From the NCBI GenBank assembly GCA_030141605.1, contig JAQGDQ010000034.1, forward strand, positions 372,001-436,000: a DNA stretch of 64,000 nt, written 5' to 3'. This document shows, piece by piece, positions 13,441-25,046 of the stretch. The notes beneath the pieces were generated by a model, which was not told the DNA's origin, ran no database searches, and saw nothing but the letters and a program-made list of their open reading frames with translations. Every line of letters begins with the position of its first letter. The first letter of the stretch is position 1. The DNA is from Tubiluchus corallicola (lineage: Eukaryota; Animalia; Priapulida). The position numbers were made by a program, and so were the translations under genes.

Positions 13441-15130
13441 AAACAATAGCTCTGCATTTTACAAAACTAGGGGACGTACAACCTCTTTCTTTGTCAGAAT
13501 GTACACTGGCATTGAATATCATGTGTCTGTTAAATTATCTACTGTTGCGTTACGTTATGTTCCATTACACTATATTACGTTGCAGTATATTACATTACAT
13601 TAGCTATTTCGGCTGCTTTTCTTTTCTAAGACGCGGCAAAGTGAATTCTTATATGTCTAACGGCAACAGAACAAACTTAGGCTTACGCCTTTTGTTTTTT
13701 GCTCTAAATTTTAGTCTAGGTGCCAACACTTGCCTACGTAACCGCAGCAACTGAAATATCAAAGAACGGCCGGGTGTTTTGCAATTCAAAAGATATTTGG
13801 ACTTTACAACCAAACTTATGTGCCTTATAAAACCAGTATCACCCGAAACTTGTTACCTCGACTTAACTGGCGTGATTTATCTGATAATTTAAACTCTTCT
13901 TAAAATAATGTTATCAGTTAATATAACAGTTATAAGTCAAACAGGGTTCAAATGATCGCAAGCCTCTATTTGGACAGCACGCATCTGTGGCAGCACTTCG
14001 CTACGCTGATTTTGCTTTTTGCACGTAACGACATGGACTTTCTTGCAATTTATTGAAAAAATAATTAAAATATTACATTTAATAGCATAAAAAACAACAT
14101 GACAGCGATCTGCCACAAAAGGGGAATTCAAAAGGGGAGGCTTGCACTTATTCGGATTTCTTTATCTTTCTATTTCCACTCCGCGAACAGAGCTTTGTTG
14201 TACAGCATAAAGAAGAGGCCACGTCGAGTCAAGACGCTACTATATGGGATCAATAAGGTTTGGGTAAAAGCATAAATCATTGAGCAAGAAGTCTGGTCTT
14301 GTCATATATCATATGAGAAATTCCGTCTCTCTTGCGTTAAATGATCCTTGTTCATCTCTTCATTTGCGAGTGCAGCGTAGCAGCCATTGATTTACAGACC
14401 CGTAAACAGACGTTGTAATAACGAAAATTTATGAATTTTTGTATGGATTCCTAACATGTGTGCTTTACATAATTTATAATAATGCATAGGAATCAGTGTG
14501 TTTTGTAGCAAGAAACATTGTTTGTACTGGAAATCTTGCATTCACGTACTTAGCAGCCTTCGCTTGTTGTAGGCTTTGGCCACCTTGTGGCGATTTTTGG
14601 CCTAATCACATGATCAATTTGATCTGGGCCAGAGGTCTACTGTGAAGTGAAGACGTGCCATGATAAGTTAATAAGATATTGTCGTTATCTGTTTACAGTT
14701 GCTCATGATTTGGGGCTAATAACGCATGTATATCCTCTAATTACTTTAAAAAACTTAAATTTAGTTTAAAATAACAGCTAGGTATTAATTAATATGACAG
14801 TGCAGTGTATAACTCTTAATTATGTAAAATTGACTTTTGGCTATTGTTATTTTTTGGCACTAATTTCTTATTATGTTTAGATGGAATGACATGTTTTGGG
14901 TAATAAAGAGCAAAGAAAGAGCAAAATTTAATCGAGACATCGAATTTTTATTTGGTTTTTGAAAGGCCAAGCATTGTTCTACATTTGTATATGTGTTATG
15001 TCGTACAAATGTTTAATGTATTGAGTCGACGTCAAAATAAACTTTAACTTGAACTAGAAATTATAGTCAGTCGGTTAGTCGATCGGTTGTACCGTGACTT
15101 GATCCGCGTAACAAGTCATGAAACGCTAAA

Positions 15131-15170
15131 TACAGGGTGTCCCAAAAGTTACGATACACTTTGATTTCTA
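15131..15170 (+). mobile_element. Tc1/mariner-type terminal inverted repeat (one end of a MITE or remnant)
   Basis: TA|cagggtgtcccaaaagt is a typical Tc1/mariner end. No partner end was confidently found nearby. Confidence 0.45.
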
Positions 15171-15742
15171 TTTTTTAAAGTTTTTGTCCGGTCTCATCAA
15201 GCTCTTACATGAAGCGAAAGATACCTTTGGCAATTATTTTCGTTTATTTTTTTACTGGAATCAAGTTGCTATGGCAACAGCAGTAAAGTTAGAAACGAGG
15301 TGCAAACTCACCCTGGTAAGAGGTCCTTCGATCACCAACTGAAGTTCAGAGGAAATACAGATCACCAACCTATTTTCTCACTACTGTATTATCGATGTAG
15401 TTTTCCAACAAAGTGCAGCCCTTCCTTGTTACTCATGGGCAGTAAGAGTCTTTCTCATTGCAAACTGGTCCCTGAAACGCTTCAGATCCCCGAAGAAGGT
15501 AATGAAAAGCAAAGCATGCCAGTACAGATTTTCATCTTTTTTGATCAAAAAACTGCCAAAGTTTTTAATCTATATTACTCCTATTTTTGGTTTGTTTATT
15601 AAAAAAATTTGTTGTTGTTGGCTCCATTCCTACCCGAGAGAAAATTTGTGTCACAGCAAAAAGTAATATTTCATAAATTATGAAAAATCTATTCGACTAT
15701 TCGAAAATGATTAAACAGGTTCTGATACACCGTACCTTATCT

Positions 15743-16089
15743 AAATAAATAAATGGTTGGCATCATTCTGTCTCGGAAGACAATAGAGTGTGCACCAAGA
15801 GAGTCAGTTATTGATCACATTGATGGAGCTGCAGCGTCGACTGTGGCTGAGCAGTCCGATCCTTGAACAACTAGAGTGGCCTCTCCCTCCAGGGCGCACG
15901 CCAGGGCAACATGTATAGAGATCCTGAGTTGCCCAGACAACAGGAACCCCCTCTCTTCCTCCCTGGTGTAGTCCAAAGGAAAGCGGAGCGATACGTTCGG
16001 CACCAGGTTGGCTGCAGGAGGTGCCGGAGTCAGTGAGCATGCTGCACTGGTCCGCCTTCGGGGCTCCACTCCTGATTTGGAAGGTTTAT
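15743..16089 (-). mobile_element. 5'-truncated second copy of the RTE-related SINE (no 5S head)
   Basis: Reverse complement aligns with 16413-16754 with scattered substitutions and a short indel. It encodes the SRIGLLSHSRRCSS remnant and has an (ATTT)n tail. Confidence 0.8.
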
Positions 16090-16186
16090 AAATACGTTTT
16101 CATTGTCTCATTCTGATTTATTTTTCGATGAGGACTCACAAGTCACTGAACAATTTACATTTTCTCTGTCTATTTTTTTAATAATT

Positions 16187-16306
16187 AACTACGGCCATAT
16201 CACGTTGAAAACACTGGTTCTCGTCTGATCACCGAAGTTAAGCAACGTAGAGCCTGGTTAGTACTTAGATGGGTGACCGCCCAGAAATACCAGGTGCTGT
16301 AGGCTT
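16187..16306 (+). pseudogene. 5S rRNA: Full-length 5S rRNA-derived sequence serving as SINE head (not a functional 5S gene)
   Basis: aactacggccatatcacgttgaaaacactggttctcgtctgatcaccgaagttaagcaacg...gtacttagatgggtgaccgcc...ccaggtgctgtaggctt is 120 nt, with box A and box C recognisable. It carries substitutions, is a single copy, and has no oligo-T Pol III terminator after it. Confidence 0.9.
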
Positions 16307-16754
16307 GCGGGGTGCCCACAGTATATCTCGACACTAGGCGGAGGAGCTGCACAAGCAGCCAACGGCTAGAGGGCGGAGGAGGTCAAGTGACCCAACGGCC
16401 ATGTGTAGAGGAATAAACCTTCCAAATCAGGAGTGGAGCCCCGAAGGCGGACCAGTGCAGCATGCTCACTGACTCCGGCAGCTCCTGCAGCCAACATGAT
16501 GCCAAACGTATCGCTCCGCTTTCCTTTGAATTACACCAGGGAAGAAGAAAGGGGGTTCCTGTTGTCTGGGCAACTCAGGATCTCTATACATTTTGTCCAG
16601 GCGTACGCCCTGGAAGGCCACTCCAGTGGTTCAAGGATTGGACTGCTCAGCCGCAGTCGACGCTGCAGCTCCATCAATGTGATCAATAACTGACTCTCTT
16701 GGCACACACTCCATTGTCTTCCGAGACAGAATGATGCCAACCATTTATTTATTT
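16187..16754 (+). mobile_element. 5S rRNA-derived SINE (SINE3 type) with bipartite RTE-LINE body and (ATTT)n tail
   Basis: The 5S head is followed by an RTE 5'UTR-like segment (ggaataaacc..ggagtggagcccc..ccggcagctcctgcagccaa..tgccaaacgtatcgctccgctttcctttg). This is fused to the RTE ORF C-terminus remnant (SRIGLLSRSRRCS) and an RTE-like 3' end ccattgtcttccgagacagaatgatgccaacc. Confidence 0.8.
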
Positions 16755-17689
16755 AGATAAGGTACGGTGTATCAGAACCTGTTTAATCATTTTCGAATAG
16801 TCGAATAGATTTTTCATAATTTATGAAATATTACTTTTTGCTGTGACACAAATTTTCTCTCGGGTAGGAATGGAGCTGCAGCTGAAGTTTAGCCCATATT
16901 AACTCTGTGTAATTTCTTTGGTTGCGTCTTGAATTTATTCCCTCCATCATGACAATTGAAGATGTTTGTTTAAAGTTTAATAAGCCAGCTTAATTAGCCA
17001 ATCCATACAAGTGCATTATGTTTCTGTTGTGGAGATCTGGGATATTCTATAGTATAGTAGAACAATCTTCTTACCTTGTAGAAGTTTCTATTCCTAGATT
17101 GTTCCCTGGCACTGATATATATACAAGGCGGAGCTGGCCGCTGAGGTTTATTCTCTCTCACATTCTCTTGTATCCTCGTATTCTCAGATACGCTTTCACG
17201 TTTCCAGATTATCACATTTACTGTAAACATTTCGCGTTCCTTCATACTTTTGTGTTGTAGAATTCTCGCATAATAAACTAGTTTAATTTGACGACGTGTT
17301 TTCTGGTTTTCTCTACGAGCCTTCCGAGAGAAACAAAACACAACAGTTTCTTCATATGAAACAAGCGTACAATTTTCACATTTTAAATTATTTAAATCAT
17401 CTAAGCAATCGCTTTAAATCGGCTGTTCAAATTAAAAACTTACAGCAGTTTTCATGTGTCACTTGAAAGCAAAGTTCTGCTCGTTCTGGGAAATTACTTT
17501 CAAGACATTTAAATTTCCGAAAACGTCCAGCACGCCAGTTTCGTTAGTTGGTAAAAGATGTTAGCTGATGATAGAGCTGTAATTTATGTATCATTCAGTG
17601 TTGTGGAAATGAACATTCTCGTTTAGTCGTAAAAAAACTAATTTCTTGCTTGACGTCGTTTCTTGAATGCAGTTTGTAGATGAATGTAT

Positions 17690-18180
17690 ATAAGATTCGA
17701 GGCTACAGCTCCGACGACGGCACCATTTGCGGCGATCTATATATCAAACGAAAGATCTCGATCAAGTGTCGTGCCATTGGGGGCTTATTTTTCGAATCGG
17801 GCCCACCGGGAGGAACCAGGGGGGGGCGAAAAACCTTCAAAAATGGCAATTTTTCGGCCGTTTTTTGCAAAACTTATACCTCTTATTTTTGAAGAACAGG
17901 AACGGGCCATGGCTGGTGCTGGCTATGGATAGATAGCCCATTCAACGGTGGGTGTAGTAGGCGTATTTAGAATTCGCAAGAGGGTCACAGCGTCCCATAA
18001 CGGACGTTTTCCAGGACTCAACTCCCGATTTTTTCGAAATTTTGGTCAAACAGTCTGTAGAAAAACGTTCTAGCGGCGCCTGGTGGGACTCTCGAAAGGA
18101 GATATATGGCTCTTTAGAAAGAGCAAGAACAGGGCTACACGATGGTGTGGCTATATTTTAGGACACATCCACCAAGAGGA
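17690..18180. mobile_element. GC-richer repeat fragment, probably a non-autonomous DNA transposon interior
   Basis: Composition shift from the flanks and loosely repeated atatat..gaaaga..ggcttatttt type subunits. The ORFs are non-informative. Confidence 0.35.
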
Positions 18181-19984
18181 GTACCGACGAGTTCATTAAT
18201 GTTCTATACTTGGCAATTTTCGCTTGGAAAACTGCTGACGCAAAGCCATTGTTCTGACGTCATCCATTATACTCTGTCTATAACCTTATAGCTTTAATTC
18301 AGTAAAAGCTGATGGCTTGGCATTAGGTAAATAAACCAACACTAGGTAGGATGTTCGCGCATTGCTGATTATAAGTGGATTTATAAGCAAACCTTTTTGC
18401 GGGGCCTTTGCTAGTTATTAATAATGTTAAATATAGAGAACTTTAAAAATGCTCGGAAAGCTTTGAATTTAATAGTACATTTGCTTTGCAATAAAAGAGA
18501 ATTTTTATCCCGGCGTCAAAATTTGCAAAAATAATTGCAGAGTTAATGTTGTAAAAATTTAATCAACTAAACAGTTCTAAAATACCCAATTAATAACAAC
18601 GTTGTTACAAATATTTCGTTTCGAACCAAGAAATGATCCTAATTGATCCTTTTGGTTAATTTCAGCTCAATATGAAAATTCTCTAGAATTGAAAAATGTG
18701 ATGGACAGAGTGAGTGAGTGAATGTCACTGGATTTTTTAAGATTTCAAGCTGACGCTCGGGGATTTCAGCAATATATGCATAATACGACGTGTGATAATT
18801 TGATAGGACAATAACTTTTTTGTGTCACAATTATTTAACTATAAAACATATTCTTTAAAGGACAAAAAAATGGGTACACGAAGTTGGCTTCAGAAAAATC
18901 GCCTCAAAAATTATGCTACTTTACAGCAATTTTATGCGTATATCGTACTCGTGTTGAAAGGAATTTCTGCTTGTCTTCATTTTAAATCTCCCGCAATACT
19001 GTTCCGACAGCGCCATTGCATGACGTCACTACGCCACGTAAATCAGGGGAAGAAAAATCAATGTTAAATTATATCTCAAAAGACTTTCCATGCAAATCTA
19101 TATTACTTATTCGCTTACCTACTGGAAAGACTTATGTAACTAGAAAAGAAAATTGTCAATTATTTAAAATGTTTTCACCAGTTGGTAAAATGTCGCTGAC
19201 TCACCCTCCAGGGTGCACCACTCACTAACCAAAAACGTATTTTTAATCTTACTGACCGGATACAGTAACTTAAAATTTTACTCAGTTAGTGACATGTGCG
19301 CTACGAATGCTCTGATTATTTTTTCAAAGTTTACACAATGTTATCTAAATTAGTTTCAAATGACTTATCGTTAAAATGGCTGCTCTTAACGGTCATCGCG
19401 AGAGTTTAAATTTTTAGGTTTTATACAACTTGACTGCCAATTGAAGCCTTGTATATAAAAAGGCAGTATGTAAGTGATATAAAATTTCAAGGCGAGTTTT
19501 TCCAGCTTTATGTTTTTGGTAGGTTTTCTTGTGCCTTAACAAGCGAATTAGATATTGGATGGCGGGGTTAGACATTTATGAACTTACTTTGAAGCTTGAA
19601 GCACGCATTGGCCCGTTTGACATTCAAAACACAGAACTATCAGCTACAGGGGTCTTGTTACCCAACTTCTTACAAGTTCTCTGAGTTTATTGGTTCCTGC
19701 AGTTTGTTTCTGAATTGACCTTTTGCTTTGACCCGCCAACTTAAGATCACAGAAAATTTAATTTCAATCTTTCTCCTATCTGCTGTTGTAAATCACCCAA
19801 GTTTGACTGCTAAACTCCACACAGCAGACGGTTGGCCTTAAAATATCCATTAATTGTCAAAGACTACTCCACGAAAGTCCATCCCTTTTCTGGAATGTAG
19901 TTTTCGAGTACTTTACATTTTGCAATCACCAGCTGACTAGCTGAGTTACTTCTCAGTTACTCACAATGTTGTTAATTGACAAGT

Positions 19985-20119
19985 GAACTATGAACTATAA
20001 ATTTTATTTCACACATCAAAAAATACAATATCAAACACATTAATAAACTTTAAGTAAAATAATTGATTAGTGCGAGGTGAGTGTACGACCATACGGTCAT
20101 TAACACACTCACCTTACTT
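19985..20119 (-). mobile_element. LINE 3' end remnant (stem-loop, AATAAA, short repeat tail)
   Basis: Hairpin aggtgagtgt-acgaccatacggtcattaac-acactcacct; the minus strand ends gaaataaaatttatagttcatagttc. Confidence 0.5.
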
Positions 20120-20669
20120 AAATGAAAAAACGATTATAGTTATGCATGCTTCTGTAGATAACTTAATGTAAATAAGGATGAAGTAAATGATGTAATAATA
20201 GCAATGGTATAAGCAATAAACCCCTGAAAGTTGAGAAAGGACAAGTCTAAACCGGCTAGGGAAATGCTTTCCCGCAAACTCGAAGGTTTGGCAAATTTTG
20301 ATCGCATTTTGACGCCAGCTTTTCGTAATCTCATTTGGCCTAACGTACTTTATATTTAGTCTTTAGAAATTCGTTGGCTTGCTTCAACCACGCAATAGCA
20401 ATGATATTTTAATAACAAAATTGCAAACTTGTTTTTGCACGTATTGACGAGCCTTTGGGGATTCCTGCTCGCGACCTGCGGTTAAAGGCTTTTACGACGT
20501 TTTCATTTTTACGCGTTCATAATAGAAGAGTTTTACGCCTCCGTTGCAAATTTATTCCCTAGTGAATTTTGACGCCAAAATGTCTTCAAGAAACGATTAT
20601 AGCTGATGAGAATTCATGTGACTCAAGCTTGAACAAGCCAGTAACGTCGATGTCAATTGCATGTAGCTG

Positions 20670-21252
20670 TTGCTTTTAAGATTTTCTCAGCTAAACTATG
20701 ACCTTTTCTCTAAAGGCTGTAAAGATAGTAACGGTCATCCAGTATTGCCGAATTGTAACTGTGGATTTCGATTTGAGTCTGTTGAACATTTTTTATTGCA
20801 CTGCCCATTGTATCAACAAACTAGAGTTGTTGTGTTTGATAAACTAAATGAAATGCTTCTGCCTGAAAATCTTAATATAGCTGCCTTAGGAACTAATGAT
20901 CTGTTGAAGTTGTTATTATTCGGAAAAGATGAATTTAACTGTGTTGCTAACTGTAAAATATTCCAATGCATACATGACTTTATATTACGTACTAAACGCT
21001 TCCAGTAGTTTCTATCTCATATGAAATGTATCAGTCTTAAATATTCGTACATTAATATTTTCTAACCGTCATTTTCTACTAATGTCTAATGTAATCTTGT
21101 AGTAAAACTTGTCAGCTTGTGTAGTTATAGTCTATTCTTAGTGTAAATGTTTTTGTAAATAGTGTATAAATTCTGTTGTGGTGAGGATCCTAAATCATGT
21201 TGTTCAACCTGTCTGATCCAATCCTATAATAAATTATGTTTAAACTAACTAA
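20670..21252 (+). mobile_element. 5'-truncated LINE (CR1-group-like) ORF2 C-terminus plus 3'UTR
   Basis: CNCGFRFESVEHFLLHCPLY CCHC knuckle, followed by LLFG..N..IF..IHDFILRTKRF*, an AT-rich UTR, aataaa and an (actaa) tail. Confidence 0.8.
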
Positions 21253-21952
21253 AATTTTGTTGAACCTATAACTCAGTTCCAAAAAAAAATTAAAATCCGG
21301 TAAATGATAAAACTCCAGGATGTTTATCCCGTTCATTCATTAAACAAGCTGAAGTATTGCACAAATAGAATGATATGAAATATGTGGTATCGTTAGCAAT
21401 TTGCCAAACTTGGTTGGACACTAACAGATATACCTCCGTCAATTCGTCAAAAAACAATTTGTCGATCGATTAGTTGAATGGCTTGTGGGTAGATTATCGC
21501 TCTCTCGTCAGATTAGCCGTCAACCAGTCAATCAATTAGTCATTTGATCAGTCACTCATGTAAGCTATACTGACTGCAGAGGGAAAGGCTGATGGACTGA
21601 CTAACCACTAGTAAAGAATGCACCAATCACATTAGCATCATTACTTTTCAGATCACCTTTTGAGCGTTTATACTTGTGTGCAAGAACACGATCTTTTCTG
21701 GGTGTCGTTGCGTAAATTAATCATTCGAGCGTTTTTCGAAATGCTCGCTAGATGGCGCAGCGGTATCCTTTCAGAGACGCACCATGTCATCATCTCAGCA
21801 AAAACGACTCGTCTAACGTAAAAAATGCTTGCCTTAACTTAACTTAAATGGCACTTACTCGATATGAATTTTTTAAAGATTAGTACCCATGTAACTTTAG
21901 CTTGTTTTTGATAGCGTCTTGCGCTAAGAAAATGGTTTAGGTTTTACTAAAT

Positions 21953-21970
21953 TATTGTTGCTGTTGTTGT

Positions 21971-22033
<63 letters not shown>

Positions 22034-22185
22034 TGTTGTTGTTGTTGTTGTTGTTGTTGTTGCTGCTGCTGCTGCTGTTCTTGTTGTTGTTGTTGCTGCT
22101 GCTGTTGTTGTTGTTGTTGCTGTTGCTGCTGCTGTTGTTGCTGCTGTTGTTGTTACTGTTGTTGTTGCTGTTGTTGTTGTTGTTG

Positions 22186-22246
<61 letters not shown>

Positions 22247-22288
22247 TGCTGTTGTTGTTGTTGTTGTTGCTGCTGCTGTTGTTGTTGT

Positions 22289-22320
<32 letters not shown>

Positions 22321-22350
22321 TTGTTGTTGCTGTTCTTGTTCTTGTTCTTG

Positions 22351-22390
<40 letters not shown>

Positions 22391-22445
22391 GGTTGTTGTT
22401 GTTGCTGCTGCTGCTGCTGTTGTGTTGTTGCTGCTGCTGCTGTTG

Positions 22446-22493
<48 letters not shown>

Positions 22494-22548
22494 TTGTTGT
22501 TGTTGTTGTTGCTGCTGCTGCTGCTGCTGTTGTTTGTTGTTTGTTGTT
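21953..22548. repeat. About 600-bp compound (TTG/CTG)n = (CAA/CAG)n trinucleotide tract
   Basis: Direct reading; register shift near 22422. Confidence 0.95.
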
Positions 22549-24848
22549 ATCACTCCGCGTTTGCTAAAGAGGAAAAAGACAAATTGGGAGAACTCTATCA
22601 CTCTTTTGGAAACACGCTGCCGACTCTCGTACTTTGACTTTATATAAAGGTAGTTTACTGTAGTGTAGGCGTAGTTCAGTTGACAGGTCATTTAGTCAGT
22701 CAGCTCCTTAGGCGAAGCCCTCTATCGGCCGATAAGTCAGTTACCTTGGTCAGTCCGCCACATACATTTCATCAGTCAATCGGTTGGTTCGTTGGTCGGT
22801 TAATCAATCTACCAATCAGTCAAACAAGTAGCTAGCTAAAACCGCAAGAATTAACCACCATAAAACAATCAGCAAATCAATCAGCAAAAAATACAGCAAG
22901 AAAACAAGAACTGAAGACATGTATGGAGAGTTCAGGCAGGACACTTCAAATGACGCAGTAACTGCTTTCATGTTGAAACACTCTGTGTACTCAATGAATT
23001 TCACTTTACGTATCGATTAGTAGATTAAATAACCTTGTTTTTCTTTCACTTTCCAATCGACGCTTTGGCGTCTTTTCCAATAACAACATACAGCTAGTTG
23101 GTTCAGTTCATTGGAAGCCATGTATGATCGGGGTAGTCTGCTGCGCATGTGCGCCAACTAGCAGGCACTGGCTTCCAGTAAACGAGCTTTACATGTGAGA
23201 ACAAAAGCGGTGCTTTTAACAATAGTTGGTGTTGTATTTAAAACAGTGAAAGCATTGGTGATCAGTGTACTTTTTGTGAGAGTGATGGTGCCTTTAACTT
23301 GTTATTAAGCATTAGGATTATTCGCGACAGCTAAAAATGATTGCTGTTAACTAGTTACATACGAGGATATGATCAGCTTCGGGTGTATTCAGTTTTCTAG
23401 TTGTGAATTGTAAACTAAGAACAAAGTCACTACAAATTTTAATGTGTAGCGCAGGTGGTACATTCGAGTGTGCTCCCAACACTGCCCAGTTCGAAAGTTG
23501 CCTCGGGCAGTTGCTACAACGATGTAGTCTCGCTCCCACAGATTTCTTGGAAGCCTGTTGCTCGATCTTTTTCTCGTTAAAGTGGTTAGCCGACGAAACC
23601 GTGCTTGGTTGTCGGCATGTGGTACTCTACGTACAAAAGTAGCTAGGTGTAGCTTGCAAGAACAAAAAACAAAAGCCAATGTTCAATACATAAAAGTAGA
23701 GAAACCGGAACAGTAGATAAAAAGTTACATTTCTTAAAATCCTTAAGCAAAAATTGTGTCCTTATAGGTTTTACAGCTCATTATACATCACTATTATACG
23801 ATACGCAAAACAGTAGGTCTAAATGATGTACAAGCAAGGGGTTGAACCTGCGATTTTACGACTTGCTTGCAATTCAGAAAGCAAATTTTTGTTGTTTCCA
23901 CAGCTGCTAGAATGGGCACAGTCACTTCTGAAAAGTGGGGGAAAAGCTAATCAATGCTGTCAAGCTAATAAAGACAAAAGCTAAACAACTGGGATCTTCC
24001 CTAGGAAATCTTGAAAAATCGCTGACCAAAATTGGATATTTTTAGCTGCAGGAATGGCAATTTTAGTTAGAATTAATCATTCCGTTGATCAGATTTGACA
24101 TGCGTGAGTGACAACTTAACCAGAAATGCTCTTTATTCAAACAAACATTTATTCTATTACTGATTGAAATAGATAAGCTTACTTATCAAATTCCTAGCTT
24201 GTTAGGCGTATAATAGAAATAGAATACCGATGTTTACACAGTGATCATGCAATAGTATAAGCAAGATCATCGATCCGTCGTTCGTTAGCCGAGTTTTGTA
24301 AACTTAATCGAAGCTTGCCCCTGAGTAGCTGTTTTTACAACCATCTCTGAAACCTTCACTTTACAATCTCTACTCACTTTTCATAGAGATTACATGAGAA
24401 CATCAGATTAAATGCTATAACGACTGTGCAGTTTTGAATATAGTAACTGAATAAAATGGGAGGAGCAAAGTACATGATGTTCCCCTCTATAAACCTTGTA
24501 AGGGGGGACAACTTACACCAGCCCTTCCCTCCTAGATCAACCAGCATATACATACACACAACTGCAACTGACTATAGCTAACTACTATGTACAAAGAATG
24601 GGCATTATTGATTACATCAATCATTAATGATTTATTTACACAACAATGCTGCATGCACTATGTTATATTGGTAGTTCTTTACTATGTTAATTGGATCAGT
24701 ATCATTGACGCATAGGTACATAGTGTGGGCCCCTCGTAATGTTAGCTTAATACATGATGTCAGGATACGTCCAATAGAGCTGTCAGGTAGTGTTTTCAAG
24801 CTTAATAATAGTTAAAAGCGATAAAATAATGTAAAACGACAAGGACCC

Positions 24849-25046
24849 CAACAGCAGCGGCAACAGCAGCAGCAGCACGAGCAATAGCAACAGCAGTAGC
24901 AACAGGAGCGTCCAAAACAACAAGACCAACGACAACAGCAGCAGCAACAACAACAACAGCAAAAGCAAGAAAAACAACAACAAAAACAGCAGCAGCAGCA
25001 ACAACAACAACAGCAACAGCAATAACAACACAGCAGTAATCAGCAG
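24849..25046. repeat. Degenerate (CAG/CAA)n microsatellite
   Basis: Direct reading. Confidence 0.85.

Noticed and set aside
16187-16306. Functional 5S rRNA gene
   Set aside because: Single copy with substitutions at normally conserved positions, no T-run terminator, and fused to retroelement sequence.
15804-16740. Paired ORFs MEPRRRTSAACS... as duplicated protein genes
   Set aside because: They are chance frames within the two SINE copies; only the last ~20 codons of one frame are an RTE ORF remnant.
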